The translations under genes and the position numbers were made by a program. Below the pieces are notes generated by a model. The model was not told where the DNA came from. It searched no databases and saw only the letters and a program-made list of their open reading frames with translations. A DNA stretch of 64,000 nucleotides, taken from the IMG/VR virus record IMGVR_UViG_3300029258_005088; one strand, written 5' to 3'. Shown in pieces: positions 38,501-49,800 of this stretch (its first letter is position 1; the number at the start of each line of letters is the position of its first letter). This DNA is from a virus.

Positions 38501-41500
38501 TGGATGATCGCATAACCTCTTCCATAGAGATGTTCCGCGGTTTCCACTACGTGATCGTCACGGACTCCCGCGTATATGTGCATGTTGTCACGCTTGACCA
38601 TCAGACGTCCTCCGAATCTGGAGATACACTGGTGCCGCACTTGAAGCAGCTGTCGTAGTAGGGCTTGTCGTTCCCGTCAACGCCATCCGGCTGATATGCA
38701 CTGTAGGAGTACAGCGCGAACGTCTCTCCGCATCTCCTGCAGTAAACTCCGGGGAAGTTCTGGAATGGGGAGCCGTCCTTCGGCATGGGCTTTATGGAAT
38801 GGTACGTCTTCTCGTCGATAGGTCCTCTCACGACTTCTCCTTGCCCTTTCCCCGCATGTGCTCCAGCAGCTTCTCGAGGATGTAGTCCCCGGCCGCCTGC
38901 TCGCATTCCGCGGTACATACCAACACGGTATCGTACTTGCAGGTGACGATGCCGTGGGCATGGCTGTGGGCGAACTCTCCGATGGTCTCCGGCTCCACCT
39001 GGTCGCCTTCCGCATCCCTGCAGATCTGGTCGTAGTCCTTCAGGAGCTCGTCGTAGTCCAGCGCGTTGAGCTCGAACTTCATATCCGTGGTCAACGGATC
39101 CATGACGTGCTTGATCCTGTCCAGTACGGACTCCCACTCCTGTCTCCACGACACGCCGTGGTGATAGTCCTGGGTGTCGATCATGGCGTCGGCATTGGCG
39201 GCCACCTTCAGGAAGTCCTCGAGGATCTCCCTCTCGATGCTGACGTATGCTTCCTTCACTTCGTGATCCTCCAACATGTCCTTCTGGGCCTCTCGCAGGG
39301 GATGCGTCGGAACGTCGCCCTTGTTGAGATCCTCGAGAACCTTGTTGTTCGCCTGCAGCTCCTTCACCCGGTTGTCCAACAGGATGATCTTGTGCTGGAG
39401 GTTGGCGATGCAGACGTCCGGGGTATGAGGCAGGGGCCTGCCGCATTTGGTACATACTGAATACGCGTGTTCACTTTTCACGGACTCGTGCGGCGTCTTC
39501 CGGTTGCATTCGGGACAGTAGACGGCAACTCCCATGAGGACTTTGTCCGGTGTTCCCTTGTAGTGGTTTGGTCCGGACTCGTGTCCGCAATCCAGGCATT
39601 TTATCTTCATCAGTGTATCTCCACGAGTTCGACGTTCGTGATCATAGGCATCTCCATCATGATGGTCTCCGCCATGTCCACGGCTTCGTCGTAGTCATCT
39701 TCCATAAGCTCTTCCAGCCTCTTCTTCTGAGAGTCCGTCAGCTCCATTTCCACTCTAAGTCTGGTTTCGCTCATTTGCTCTTTCCTTGTTGTAGGGCGTA
39801 GATCAGGTGCAGGGGCACCGTCACGAACAAGGCCGGGAAGAAGAACAGCAGGGCGCACCCGTGAAGGGCCACCCAGATGCATCCCACGCAGCCTTCGCTA
39901 AGTTGTCCGTCGTCGCTCACTTCATGTCCTCCTTCTTGAACTCCAGCCTGGCCGGGGTGTACACGGCGTCCACGATACGGAAGGTCTCATCCGGGCAGCT
40001 CTCGACGAGGGCCTCCGCATGGTGCTTGACTTCAAGCCCTGTATGACACACCCCCGATCCCATGGAACATGGAGCGATCTGCTTGGACTCGTTCAGGAAC
40101 ACCTGGACCTTCAACGGCGTGAAGTCGTCGGTGAGGTAGTCCTCGTTGTCTCCGCGAACGATCAAGCCCTTCACCACTGTGTCGGACTCCGGAGGTTCGG
40201 TGGCTTCGTGGAATTCGCACAGGTCTCCGCCCTCTACGGAGGAGCAGTGGCAGTCCTCGAAGGAACACTCCTCGAACAGTTCCTTCACTGCGATGGGTCC
40301 GTGGATACGAAGAGTCTCGCCATCGTCCATATTCAGGGGGATGCCAAGCTCTTTGGCGATGATCTTCGGATCCGCTCCGGACTCGTCCGCTCTCGGACTG
40401 GTGAACAAGTAGAGGTTCTGATCGAGATCTCCGTTGAAGACGTACTCCACCACATAGGTGTGTTCCCGGCTCTCACGCGTACGCGCCCGTGTGCGCGAGT
40501 CGGTGTGTCCTTCTGTAAGACTCCCGATCTCGGTGTCAACCTTGGGAGACAATACCTTGAGAGTCTCATCGTCGTCCATCTTCATCACCGCTTTTATCGT
40601 GTACAGGGAGTTCCTGCTGGTGCAGTCCACGGCGTAGTCTTTGTCTATCAAGGACTGGATAAACCTGACCCCTTCCTTCTCGTAGATCTTGGATGACATC
40701 TGTATCGTATGTGATTTCATGTGTGTATCCTTCTGTGTTTTATTCCTTCGCGTTTCTTATGAGGCGCTCCAGTGCGGCAACCGCTCGTCTCCGTAGGATC
40801 TCCGACACTTCTTCGCACTCCTCATCGGTCAATACGCGTCCTTCTTCTCTTTCCGGACTCATCGATCGCCATCCCTCCACGGCCTCTTCCCTGGATGGGT
40901 AAAAGCCGCTCTTGTCCGGATTGCGATGTACCCACCGGAGTTCTCTCCTTGGCCTGTTCCTGATTTCTTCGTCGTCCTCGTGATGTATGCGGTAACCGTG
41001 AGTGGTCTCGTGATAAACGAAATGTTCGAAGAGCATGACGCAAGACTTTCCACGGTACTCCGTAGGTAGGTAGCTGTACAGCTTCTTTCTCACGACCGAT
41101 TCTCCGTCTGTATCCTTCTGTGTTTTATTCCGTCGCCCAGGCTTACCGGGTATACTTCGTGGTGACCCTCCACTATTGTCCAAGAGCCCGTGGTCAGGCC
41201 TATCACGGAGTAACCGCTTGTACAGGGTACGCCAGTGAACAGCTTGAGTTTGTTGACGAGCTGTTCGTCTATGTCCGGTTCCTCGGGCTTGGGCTCGTCC
41301 CACTTCCCGTAGCTATCGTGGAGGTAGGTCTCGAGATCATCCGCATATAGAAAGAGCTGGGGGAAGTCTCCCGCCGTCTGCAGCTCTTCCAGTCTTACTC
41401 TATTCACGTGGTCGGTCTCTCCGTTTTGACTGTGTGACAAGACCCGTCGTCGCTAAGTTTGAATCTTTGCATCGTCAGATCGATCTTCCTCTATTCGTTG

Positions 41501-44418
41501 ATCTATTAACTGCATCGCCAGGAAGTCGTAGGTCCACCTGATCGGGTAACCATGACACATCCTGGCGAATGCCGTTCGAAGACGCCTGCAGTCGATGTAA
41601 CCTCTCGCCGCGAAAGCGTCTCTATACCATTTGGGGTTCCGGGATACCGCCACACGGACCTGATGCATGCAGTGCATGGGCTCCGGGGCGGGGACGAGGA
41701 CCACCTCAAGGCGTTGCTCGCACATCTCCTGCAGGAGAGTGTAGGCAACCGCCTGTTGATCGAAGGTAGGTTCCTCGTATTCCATCAGCTTTCCAACAGA
41801 CTGACGTGCCTGGCCTTCTTCCGCTTCTTCTTGATGGGCTCCTCGGTCTTCTCCACGACCTCGTGCTCCACCTCTATGGGACCGGTTCCGTACTGGGCCT
41901 CGAACTCCGCCGCTATCTTGTCGTATTCCGCCTTCATCTCGAGGAACGGGATGATCTTCTTGGAGAACGCCTGCTTGGCCGCGTCGAGCTTTTCGTACTT
42001 GCTCGGAGGATACAGCTCGTCTTCACTGCCCTTGGGCCAGAAACGGCCGTTGTAGCTGTAGCGGCCGACGTAGTCCAGGCCCTTGCCCGATACCTCGAAC
42101 ACCATACCGGTGACGGGTCCCCAGTTTCCTCCTCCGAGGTTGTGCTCGTCTCTGTACCATACAGCCGCTTCCCGGAACTCGTCCTCCCAGTCCTCGCCGT
42201 CATAGGCATAGTTCAACGGATCCATCACGTCGGCGAACTGCCCATGATCGGGGTTGCCGTATGCCTTCAGGGTCATTATATGCCTCATGCTACTCTCCTT
42301 CCACCAGTTCGTATTCCTCGCCTTCCCACTCGATGAGATCGATGACGCTGTCGCTGTCCTTCACGCACAGGACGTCTCCGTTCTTTATGAGGCAGACCTT
42401 GTCTTTTAAGATCCTCACGATCTCGAGCGTGCCGGCGATGCCTTCGTATCTCTGTCCTTCTTCCAGCTTGGTCATGATGACCTCCTACTGTGATTCGTAT
42501 GCGTAGTCCACGAGCTCGTCGGTATCACCCGTAAGCTCCACTTCACCCACCACTTCCACTTCCTTGGCATCAGCCTGGAAATAGTCCTTCGGCGAGTGTC
42601 CCTCACTCTCCATGTCTTCTTTGTTGATGAGCACCGTCGAGATCCTTTCGTAAGGACTTCCGATCAATGCCCGTGCTATGACCATAATCATTTTAACTCC
42701 TAAAATCAGGGGGGTAAGACGGACTTCGACTGGAAAATCATCCATGGAAAAAAGCAGGGCATCCCGCCCTGCTTTGGACAATACATCCTACGTCAAGTCC
42801 GCGTACAAGTCAAGTTTCGATGCGAAAACCCTAGCTCAGAGCCCTCGCCTCCTTGGAGATCAGAACCACTCTCGGAAGCTTCCACAGAGCGATGCCGACG
42901 TCTCCTCGGACGTCTCCTTCTCCACCGCACTCCCTGTTCAGACTGTCGAACTCCGGGGTCTTCATCACCTTGTCGTAGGCATCTCTCTTCGACATGCCCT
43001 CGGGAACGAAGAACGTCAGCGCGGTATCCAGCTTCATGTCATAGCTGTCGTAAATGCCTATCACACGGTCGTATCTATTCACTTCTTTCTCCTGAATTTG
43101 AACGCATCGCACAGTCCCAGAGGATGCGTGCCTATCCTGTGATAGTCGGCATCGCTGGGCTCTCCGTGTATTTCGCATGCGAAGAGGTATTCCGCGCTCT
43201 TGGGCTCCGCGAGGTCTTCGCAGAACATACAGTTGGCACAGCACTCGACGTGCTCTTGAACTCTGTAGCCTCTCGGCTGGTTTCCGCCGTTCTTAGCCAT
43301 CAGACGTCGATCCCGAGCTCTTCCTTGAACTTCTCACGGAGGAAATCCGTGACTGCATCCTCGAAGCCGTAGTAGGCCCACCACGGAACGCTGGTCCGGT
43401 TCACGGCCTCTACGTCGACCACGAACTTGCCGAGGTCGTAGAGCAATGGCTGTATCGGGCAGGGATCCTCGTCATGCTCCCCGCACCTGTGCCAGGCACC
43501 TGTCTTGGCACGGACCTTGGTACGGACGTTATATTGCTTGACGCCGTCCAGAAGACTGATCCTGTCAAGCATGATGGTTCCGTCACACAACGGACACGCG
43601 CTCTTGTAGACGTCGCTCAGTCCCGTGCATCCCCATTTCACCTTGAGCTTGCGCTTGATGATCGGGGCCTCGATTACAGGACCTCCCTGCAGTGGGTGAT
43701 CGGTCGACTGTTCCTTGAACTGGTGGGGCTGCCCGGATGGACAGCTTATCTTTCTCCGGCCACCGATCTCTACCGGCGGCCCGTCGGGAAACATACTTCC
43801 TCGCATGCTACTCTCCTTTTAGCTTGTCTACGGGACTCTCACCGTGAATCACGAATGCAACGACGAGCTCGTCCATTTCCTGCAGGCCCATCATCTTACC
43901 ATAGCTGTAGTAACCGATGTAGTTACCGCTCACCACCACTCGGAAGGTCTCGCCGTCCTTGGAGCTTATCGTCAGCTTGGGCGGGTACTGATCGTGGCCG
44001 TTGCCCGGGGGATGTCTCTTGACCTCACAGTACTCCGCAGGCCCCGTCCATACCTCGCAACTGACGCTGTACTCCCTCTCCGTCTTCTTCCTCGGGGAGG
44101 TCGGCAGGTCCTTGTAACGATCGAAGATCCATCTCGCATGTTCCAGCGCGGTCTTCCGGTCGCTCTCTTTCTTCTCTTCTTCGTACTTCTTCCTCAAATC
44201 CACCATGTCCATAGTGGCTGCCAACGCTTCCGATACGTCGCTCATGATTCCTCTCTTCGTTGTTTCTTCAGAAATTTCCTGTACTGCTTGCCGGTCATGC
44301 CGAGTGCCTTGCGCCGTCTACGATCGTCGTTGACGTCTGCCCTGCGGTATACCGTAGGACCTTTCCTGGAGCCGTACGGCACTCCCGCTCTTAGATATAC
44401 GTTGTCGCCTTCGTGCAT
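35559..44418 (-). other. Run of about 25 short accessory ORFs, many with CxxC motifs
   Basis: 35559-35789, 35848-36264, 36266-36625, 36618-36854, 36847-37077, 37074-37517, 37507-37983, 37980-38171, 38155-38601, 38601-38831, 38828-39610, 39610-39774, 39771-39920 (TM), 39917-40720, 40740-41093, 41090-41440, 41453-41785, 41785-42288, 42290-42475, 42485-42781, 42831-43082, 43079-43300, 43300-43806, 43808-44245, 44242-44418. Confidence 0.6.
40724..41131. repeat. 23-bp exact direct repeat (40724-40746 and 41109-41131) bracketing one gene
   Basis: TGTATCCTTCTGTGTTTTATTCC twice. Confidence 0.85.
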
Positions 44419-44428
44419 ATAACCTCCA

Positions 44429-44461
44429 AGGGCCCCCGTAGGGGGGCCCTTTCTTTTCTTT
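44429..44461 (+). terminator. Plus-strand-oriented terminator-like hairpin
   Basis: AGGGCCCCC-GTAG-GGGGGCCCT followed by TTCTTTTCTTT on the + strand. Confidence 0.6.
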
Positions 44462-44474
44462 AGCTATGACTCGG

Positions 44475-46316
44475 CTACTTCCGGAACATATCCAGATTGG
44501 CCGTCTTCCTGGGTTTCTTCTTCGGACGCATCCGTATCGCCTCGGCGGCGGCCAGCTTGGCCTCGACCTTGGAGGTATCCACCTCTACATGCCTATGGCC
44601 CTTGGCCGCAAGAACCAGCTTGCTGAGATCCTCGAAGGCCTCTCCGGCAAGCTCGGCGCTGTCTTTCTTGTCCAGTAGCGAGTTCAGGTTCTTCGTCGTC
44701 TTGGCCATCTCAGCCTTTACGTCGTTCTCCAAGTTGGAGAATACGTCCTGGACGAACTTGTCGACCAAACAGTGCTGGTCGTGGAAACGCTCGTAGAACT
44801 CAGGATCGTGATTAGACGTCTCCTGGGAGTCTTCCTCGTGACATAGCTCGTGCAACATCAGTCGGCCGAGCTTCACCACGTCTCCGATCTTGGAGTAGCT
44901 GAGGTTCTTCAGGAAGTCCCGATTGATCGCTATGTACGATCTGCCGTCCGTCCATCCGTTTACGCCCTCGGCTATTCCGACCTTGAGCTTGCGCACGGTG
45001 TCCAGTCCCTGATCCGCCGCTTCCTTATAGGACAGCGGGGTGCCGAACCGCGAATACCGGGCATACCCCTGCGGGAACCTGCGAGCAAGCCTCAGCCACA
45101 ACCGCTCCCGCGGACGCAAGTCCTTGTCGGGAACGATCTGGGTGTCGTTGAACAGCTTGTCGGTCAGCGTCTTCAGCAAGCGGACGTCTGGAGTCAACAC
45201 GGGGCCGCCGGCAGTCTTCACCAGATCGCACAGCTCCTGTATGGAGTTGACCTCGAACCTCTCCAAGGTATCCTCGGAGAGGACGTAGGCAAGGCCTGTC
45301 GTCATCACCCTGTCCGCCATGCGATCGCCTCGCTTGGCCAGGCTTATCGGTCCCTGCCTCATCTTGTTGACGAAGGACTGGAACGTGATGTGCTTGCCTC
45401 TGCAGTCCGTGATGATGCGCTGGTCCCTTACCTTCCGATAGACGTTCTCCTCTTCGGCCCATCCATGCAGACCCATGGCCAGACGGCGCCGTGCGGCATC
45501 GTCCAGAGGCTTCTTTCGGATAACGTCGGACGCACGCTTGTCGACTATCTTGCGGACCTTCTGCCAGACCTTGCAGGAACTCAGTATGTCGTTCCTCGCG
45601 AAGTTGACGTCCAGCTCCTTAGTCGACACCACGGTACCGCCCGTACCCCACTGCCAGCTGTCGTAGCCACGGACGAATACGCCCATGTTGTATACGTCCA
45701 GCGTGCCGGAGTCCTTGAACTTGACTAGGCAACTGTCGTCCTTGTGATCCCACTTGGCATGGGATCTGTCGACCGTGATGCGCTCCGGCTCGTCCGGGTG
45801 ATGATACCAGTAGACCGGTATCTCCAGATACTTCAGACCCCTGGTGACCTCGCGCTTCAGGTTCTGCAGGCCGAGACGGGTGAGGCGGTCGTACAAGGTA
45901 ACGACGATCTTGCAACCCTGGGCGTCCTTCTCCTTCTCCTCGAGCTTGTACTCCAGGCCCTTGGTCTTGACGTCGACGGTCATCGCCCACTTGCCGGTAC
46001 GCCAGTGGTTGTGGCCATAGGAGAAGATCTGGCCACGGCCCATACGGAACTTGCCGTAATGGGCATCTCCCTCTTCGTGAGGCTGGCCAAAGACCTCGAA
46101 GAACGTCTCCACCTCCTCCCGGCTGACGAAGCCCTTGCCGTTGTCCTCCATGATGACGGTGTCGTCATCCACGGAGATGTCGAACCTGGTGGCACCTGCG
46201 TCCACAGCATTCATGGCACCCTCCATGATCGCCTTGGACAAGGTGCCGGCCTGCTTCTGGATTACGTCCAGAAGCAACTTAGGGTGCATGATGAATCTTC
46301 TAGTCTCTTGCTTCAT
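44475..46316 (-). CDS. GHKL (Hsp90/MORC-like) ATPase with C-terminal HExxH metallopeptidase-like motif
   Basis: EGAMNAVDA, EDNGKGF, GKFRMGRG, GCKIVVTL; LHELCHE...NHDPEFY. Confidence 0.85.
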   Translation of the reverse strand: MKQETRRFIMHPKLLLDVIQKQAGTLSKAIMEGAMNAVDAGATRFDISVDDDTVIMEDNGKGFVSREEVETFFEVFGQPHEEGDAHYGKFRMGRGQIFSYGHNHWRTGKWAMTVDVKTKGLEYKLEEKEKDAQGCKIVVTLYDRLTRLGLQNLKREVTRGLKYLEIPVYWYHHPDEPERITVDRSHAKWDHKDDSCLVKFKDSGTLDVYNMGVFVRGYDSWQWGTGGTVVSTKELDVNFARNDILSSCKVWQKVRKIVDKRASDVIRKKPLDDAARRRLAMGLHGWAEEENVYRKVRDQRIITDCRGKHITFQSFVNKMRQGPISLAKRGDRMADRVMTTGLAYVLSEDTLERFEVNSIQELCDLVKTAGGPVLTPDVRLLKTLTDKLFNDTQIVPDKDLRPRERLWLRLARRFPQGYARYSRFGTPLSYKEAADQGLDTVRKLKVGIAEGVNGWTDGRSYIAINRDFLKNLSYSKIGDVVKLGRLMLHELCHEEDSQETSNHDPEFYERFHDQHCLVDKFVQDVFSNLENDVKAEMAKTTKNLNSLLDKKDSAELAGEAFEDLSKLVLAAKGHRHVEVDTSKVEAKLAAAEAIRMRPKKKPRKTANLDMFRK

Positions 46317-46873
46317 TAAGATTCTCCTTGCGTTGTGGGCGCCAGAGAGGCGGCCGCTTTTCTGTATGCCTCAGCTGCAACCTCCTCATCATCGAAAGTC
46401 CCAAGGTACCTGGTATCTCCAGAGACATGTATTTGAGCACACCACCTACCGGAAGGCTTCAGACACACTCCTGGGTATTTCGATGTTTGCTTAAGCCGCT
46501 TCAGCCCACTTACTACGTTCTCCCGCTGAGAGCATACCTTCAGCATCTTCCTGCGGTTGTCCAAACCATTGCCGTCGACATGATCAACGGTTTCTGAGGA
46601 CTTTATGTCAGGAAATATGAGCCTGTGGATCTTGTGAGCACTTTCTCTATAATAGACACAGGCATAAGTGGTCCTAGCCCTTGAGTTTCTATGGCCATAG
46701 ACCTTTCCTATGCCAAGAGATTTCAAGTACTCCCAGTCTTCCTTGTCTATGAGCATTACTGCATCTGGGTACTTCGGAGTGGATACGTCGACCTCCAAGT
46801 ACCCGGCGTGCTCCTTTAAGATCTTGTTTGATCCCTTGGGCCTTCCTCCTTTATTCTGTCTGTTCTCTGCCAT
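46316..46873 (-). CDS. HNH homing endonuclease with C-terminal AP2 DNA-binding domain
   Basis: VDHVDGNGLDNRR; SKYPGVC...RWCAQI...YLGTFDDEEVAAEAYRKAA. Confidence 0.85.
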   Translation of the reverse strand: MAENRQNKGGRPKGSNKILKEHAGYLEVDVSTPKYPDAVMLIDKEDWEYLKSLGIGKVYGHRNSRARTTYACVYYRESAHKIHRLIFPDIKSSETVDHVDGNGLDNRRKMLKVCSQRENVVSGLKRLKQTSKYPGVCLKPSGRWCAQIHVSGDTRYLGTFDDEEVAAEAYRKAAASLAPTTQGES

Positions 46874-46881
46874 TGTTCCTC

Positions 46882-49800
46882 CTAGGTCTTTCTTCTCCAC
46901 GTGCTATGCTTCTCGGCGCGGTCCGTACGACGGATGATGACGACTTCGTGCTCTGACTCGCGCTTGGCGGGCAGTGCCTCGAGCATCTCTCCGCCAACGA
47001 CGAATTCACCCCTCTCGGGGATGCGATAGTCGACGAACTCCCAGAAGTAATAACCCGCTTTGTTGTCGGCATCCTTCGGAAACCATATCACCCAGGGTAT
47101 GTCCCACGACGTGCCGTCGTGATCTATCTGGATGGTCTCTCCGTGCGAGACGCCTTCGTTGGAGATCCCTCTCCTGGCCTCTCGCACGCCACGGTCATAG
47201 GACTTCTTCCGTATCTCCGCCGCCTCGTCGACGATCTCTTGCGCCATGGAACTCACGTCCCTGGAGGAAGGATTGCCGACGATGGCTCGCTGGATGACGT
47301 CCTTGACCATCTTCTTGAAGGCTCTGGTCCAAGTCCTACCAGGCATGGAAACCCACCTCCTTCTTCGGGACGTGCTTATGAACGAACGCCATCATCTTGT
47401 CCGCCCAGTGGACGGTGCTGATGCTCTCGAGATGGTTCCACAGTCTGTTGTTGTTGGCATCGTCCTTGGTGAACGTGTCGGTCTGGCGAACCTTCCTGGT
47501 ATACCAGTCCATGCCGGTCACCACGATCGCTTCGCCTTTGATCTCGATTTTCCAGCGACCGTAGTAGCTGTACTCACCAATGTTAAAAGTCTTCTGGGGC
47601 ATTGTCTTCCTCCAGTGCTTCGAATTCGAACGTGAACAGGTCTTCGTCATGCGTCGGGCAGTATGCCGCGTAGCCCTTGTCGGAGCAGGACTTCGTCGGG
47701 TAGACGTACCCGCCGCATCGACTGCAGTGACCTATGGGTTTCGAGGTGGATAGGATCACGCGATCCTCTCCTGCCTGGTTGACGATATGGACGATGTCTT
47801 CGCCCTGCTCGGTGGTCACCCTCATCTGCGAGGGATACACCGCTATCAATTCTCTGAGCTTACCTATATCAAGCATCGCCGGCCTCGTCAAACTTCTCAC
47901 GCCACTCAGCGCCTGCCTTCTCCAACTCACCGGTACACACGTTCTTTGGAACGTCGCCGTGATCCTTTACCATATCCTCGAAGATTGCCAGTGCCTGCTT
48001 CTCGGACATCGCCAGTACCTCTTCTCGCTCGTCCTCTGCATCGGTCACCTTGACGTAACCCGCTGCATGACGCATGGGCCAGAGGATATTCCACAGAGTG
48101 GCATCTATCACGTCCCAGTTGATGCCGATCGTGGCATCATGGTTCCTGTCCATGGTGTGAAGGACGTATCGTGCAGCCTCGTCGCTCATCTCGGGATACT
48201 TTCTGTGGAAATGTCCCTGGACGTCTTCTATGCACCATCCGCTCTCGATGCGATCATGAGGTTTCATGTTCGCGATGCTCTCCGCGGTATAGCCGGCATC
48301 ATTGAGCTTGAACGCTACCTGCGCCGCCGTTTCGAACGTCCAGTCCTTACACGCCTGTTCGAAGGAGAGTGTCTTACCGTCCTTGGTGTACAGAACCGTG
48401 AGTATGTTCTTGATCAGTTCCTGATCGGTCATGCTTCTATCCTTGCGGGTTCGATGACTTCGACCGTGATGTCTCCGTCATTGCGTTCTTGTTCAGGGGG
48501 CGTCGAGAAGTAGGTGGCCGCGAGCTTGGCCTGATCCCACAGCTCCTTCACCCGCTGCCTGTACCATGACGACGCATGATTGTATGCATCCTGGGTGATG
48601 CGCCACGCCGTCGCGTTCTCGTCTTTGTGCTTCCAGTCGGCTATTCCGATGGCCATGACGATGAAGCCGCTGGGAGTTACCTCCGGACGGATCCAGCACT
48701 TGCGCAGCCTACCGTCAAGACGGCCCTGCCTTATGATCTCGACTACGAAGCTCATCGGTACGGCGTCGGAGCACACCCCGAATACCAGCCTGGTCTCTTC
48801 GCTACAGCCTTTCTTGAAAAATTCCTTCTCCGGACGAAACGCCGGGAAGTACAACGTCAGGCCGAAGCCTTCGTTCTTCAGCCAGAACGGGGCATTGCCC
48901 TTGAAGTCCATTTCTGGTGCTACTCTCATATCTAATCTTCCTTCTCTTCTGTTTTGTGCCAGAAAGGCTTGTTCACCATTACGCTCGTCAGCCACGACGC
49001 ATCCAGGATGATCTCCTGATCGTTGCAGGCATCGACGAATTCGGACAAGGTATACGTCTTTATGGGGACGCCCTTGTAGTACTTCTCGAAATGTGCGTAA
49101 ACGTCCTCTACCGTCTTGAAGACCCTCTGCTCCATATCCTCCAGGAACTGCCGGGTAACCGGCGTCACCGGAGCCATTACCATACATGTCGTCATTCTTC
49201 TTCCTCGATGGTTCCGAAGTTCCTGATGTGGTTCAGGAGTTCTTCCAGTTCCTCGTATGACGTCTCCAGAGGAGCGGAATCCCGTTCGCTGCAGAGGATC
49301 TCGACGGTGTCCATTATGGACGTACACTCGATGCCTTCGACATCCTCCAACTGCGATACGAGCTTGCGCGTCTGCAGGTAGTGGTACATCAGATCTCTGA
49401 CGATGACGTGCTCCCGCTTCTGCTTGAACACTTTCTCCAGCTCGAAAGGATCCTGCTTCGCGCAGTCCCTCTCAGCCTGTTTGAGGCAAGAGGATTCCAT
49501 CATGTAACGGAACCCTCTGCCGTCCTCCGTTTTCTTGACGATTATGAATCTGTCCATGGTTTGATCTTGTATCCTTTGTACTCGAACTCTCCTTCGTCGT
49601 TCTCGTCTGCCCATTTCTTCAGAGCGTCCTTCACGTCCTCGGGAATGTCTATGCACTCGTCCTGCCAGCCCCAGTCGAAGTAGTTGTCTCCCGGAGGGCC
49701 ATCAAGATACCACCCGTCACCCCCGGGCTTCAGGTATGTCTCTATCCAGCCGTTCCAGTTGTACTTCTCCGACTTGCCTATAACGGAGTAGCCGATGAAC

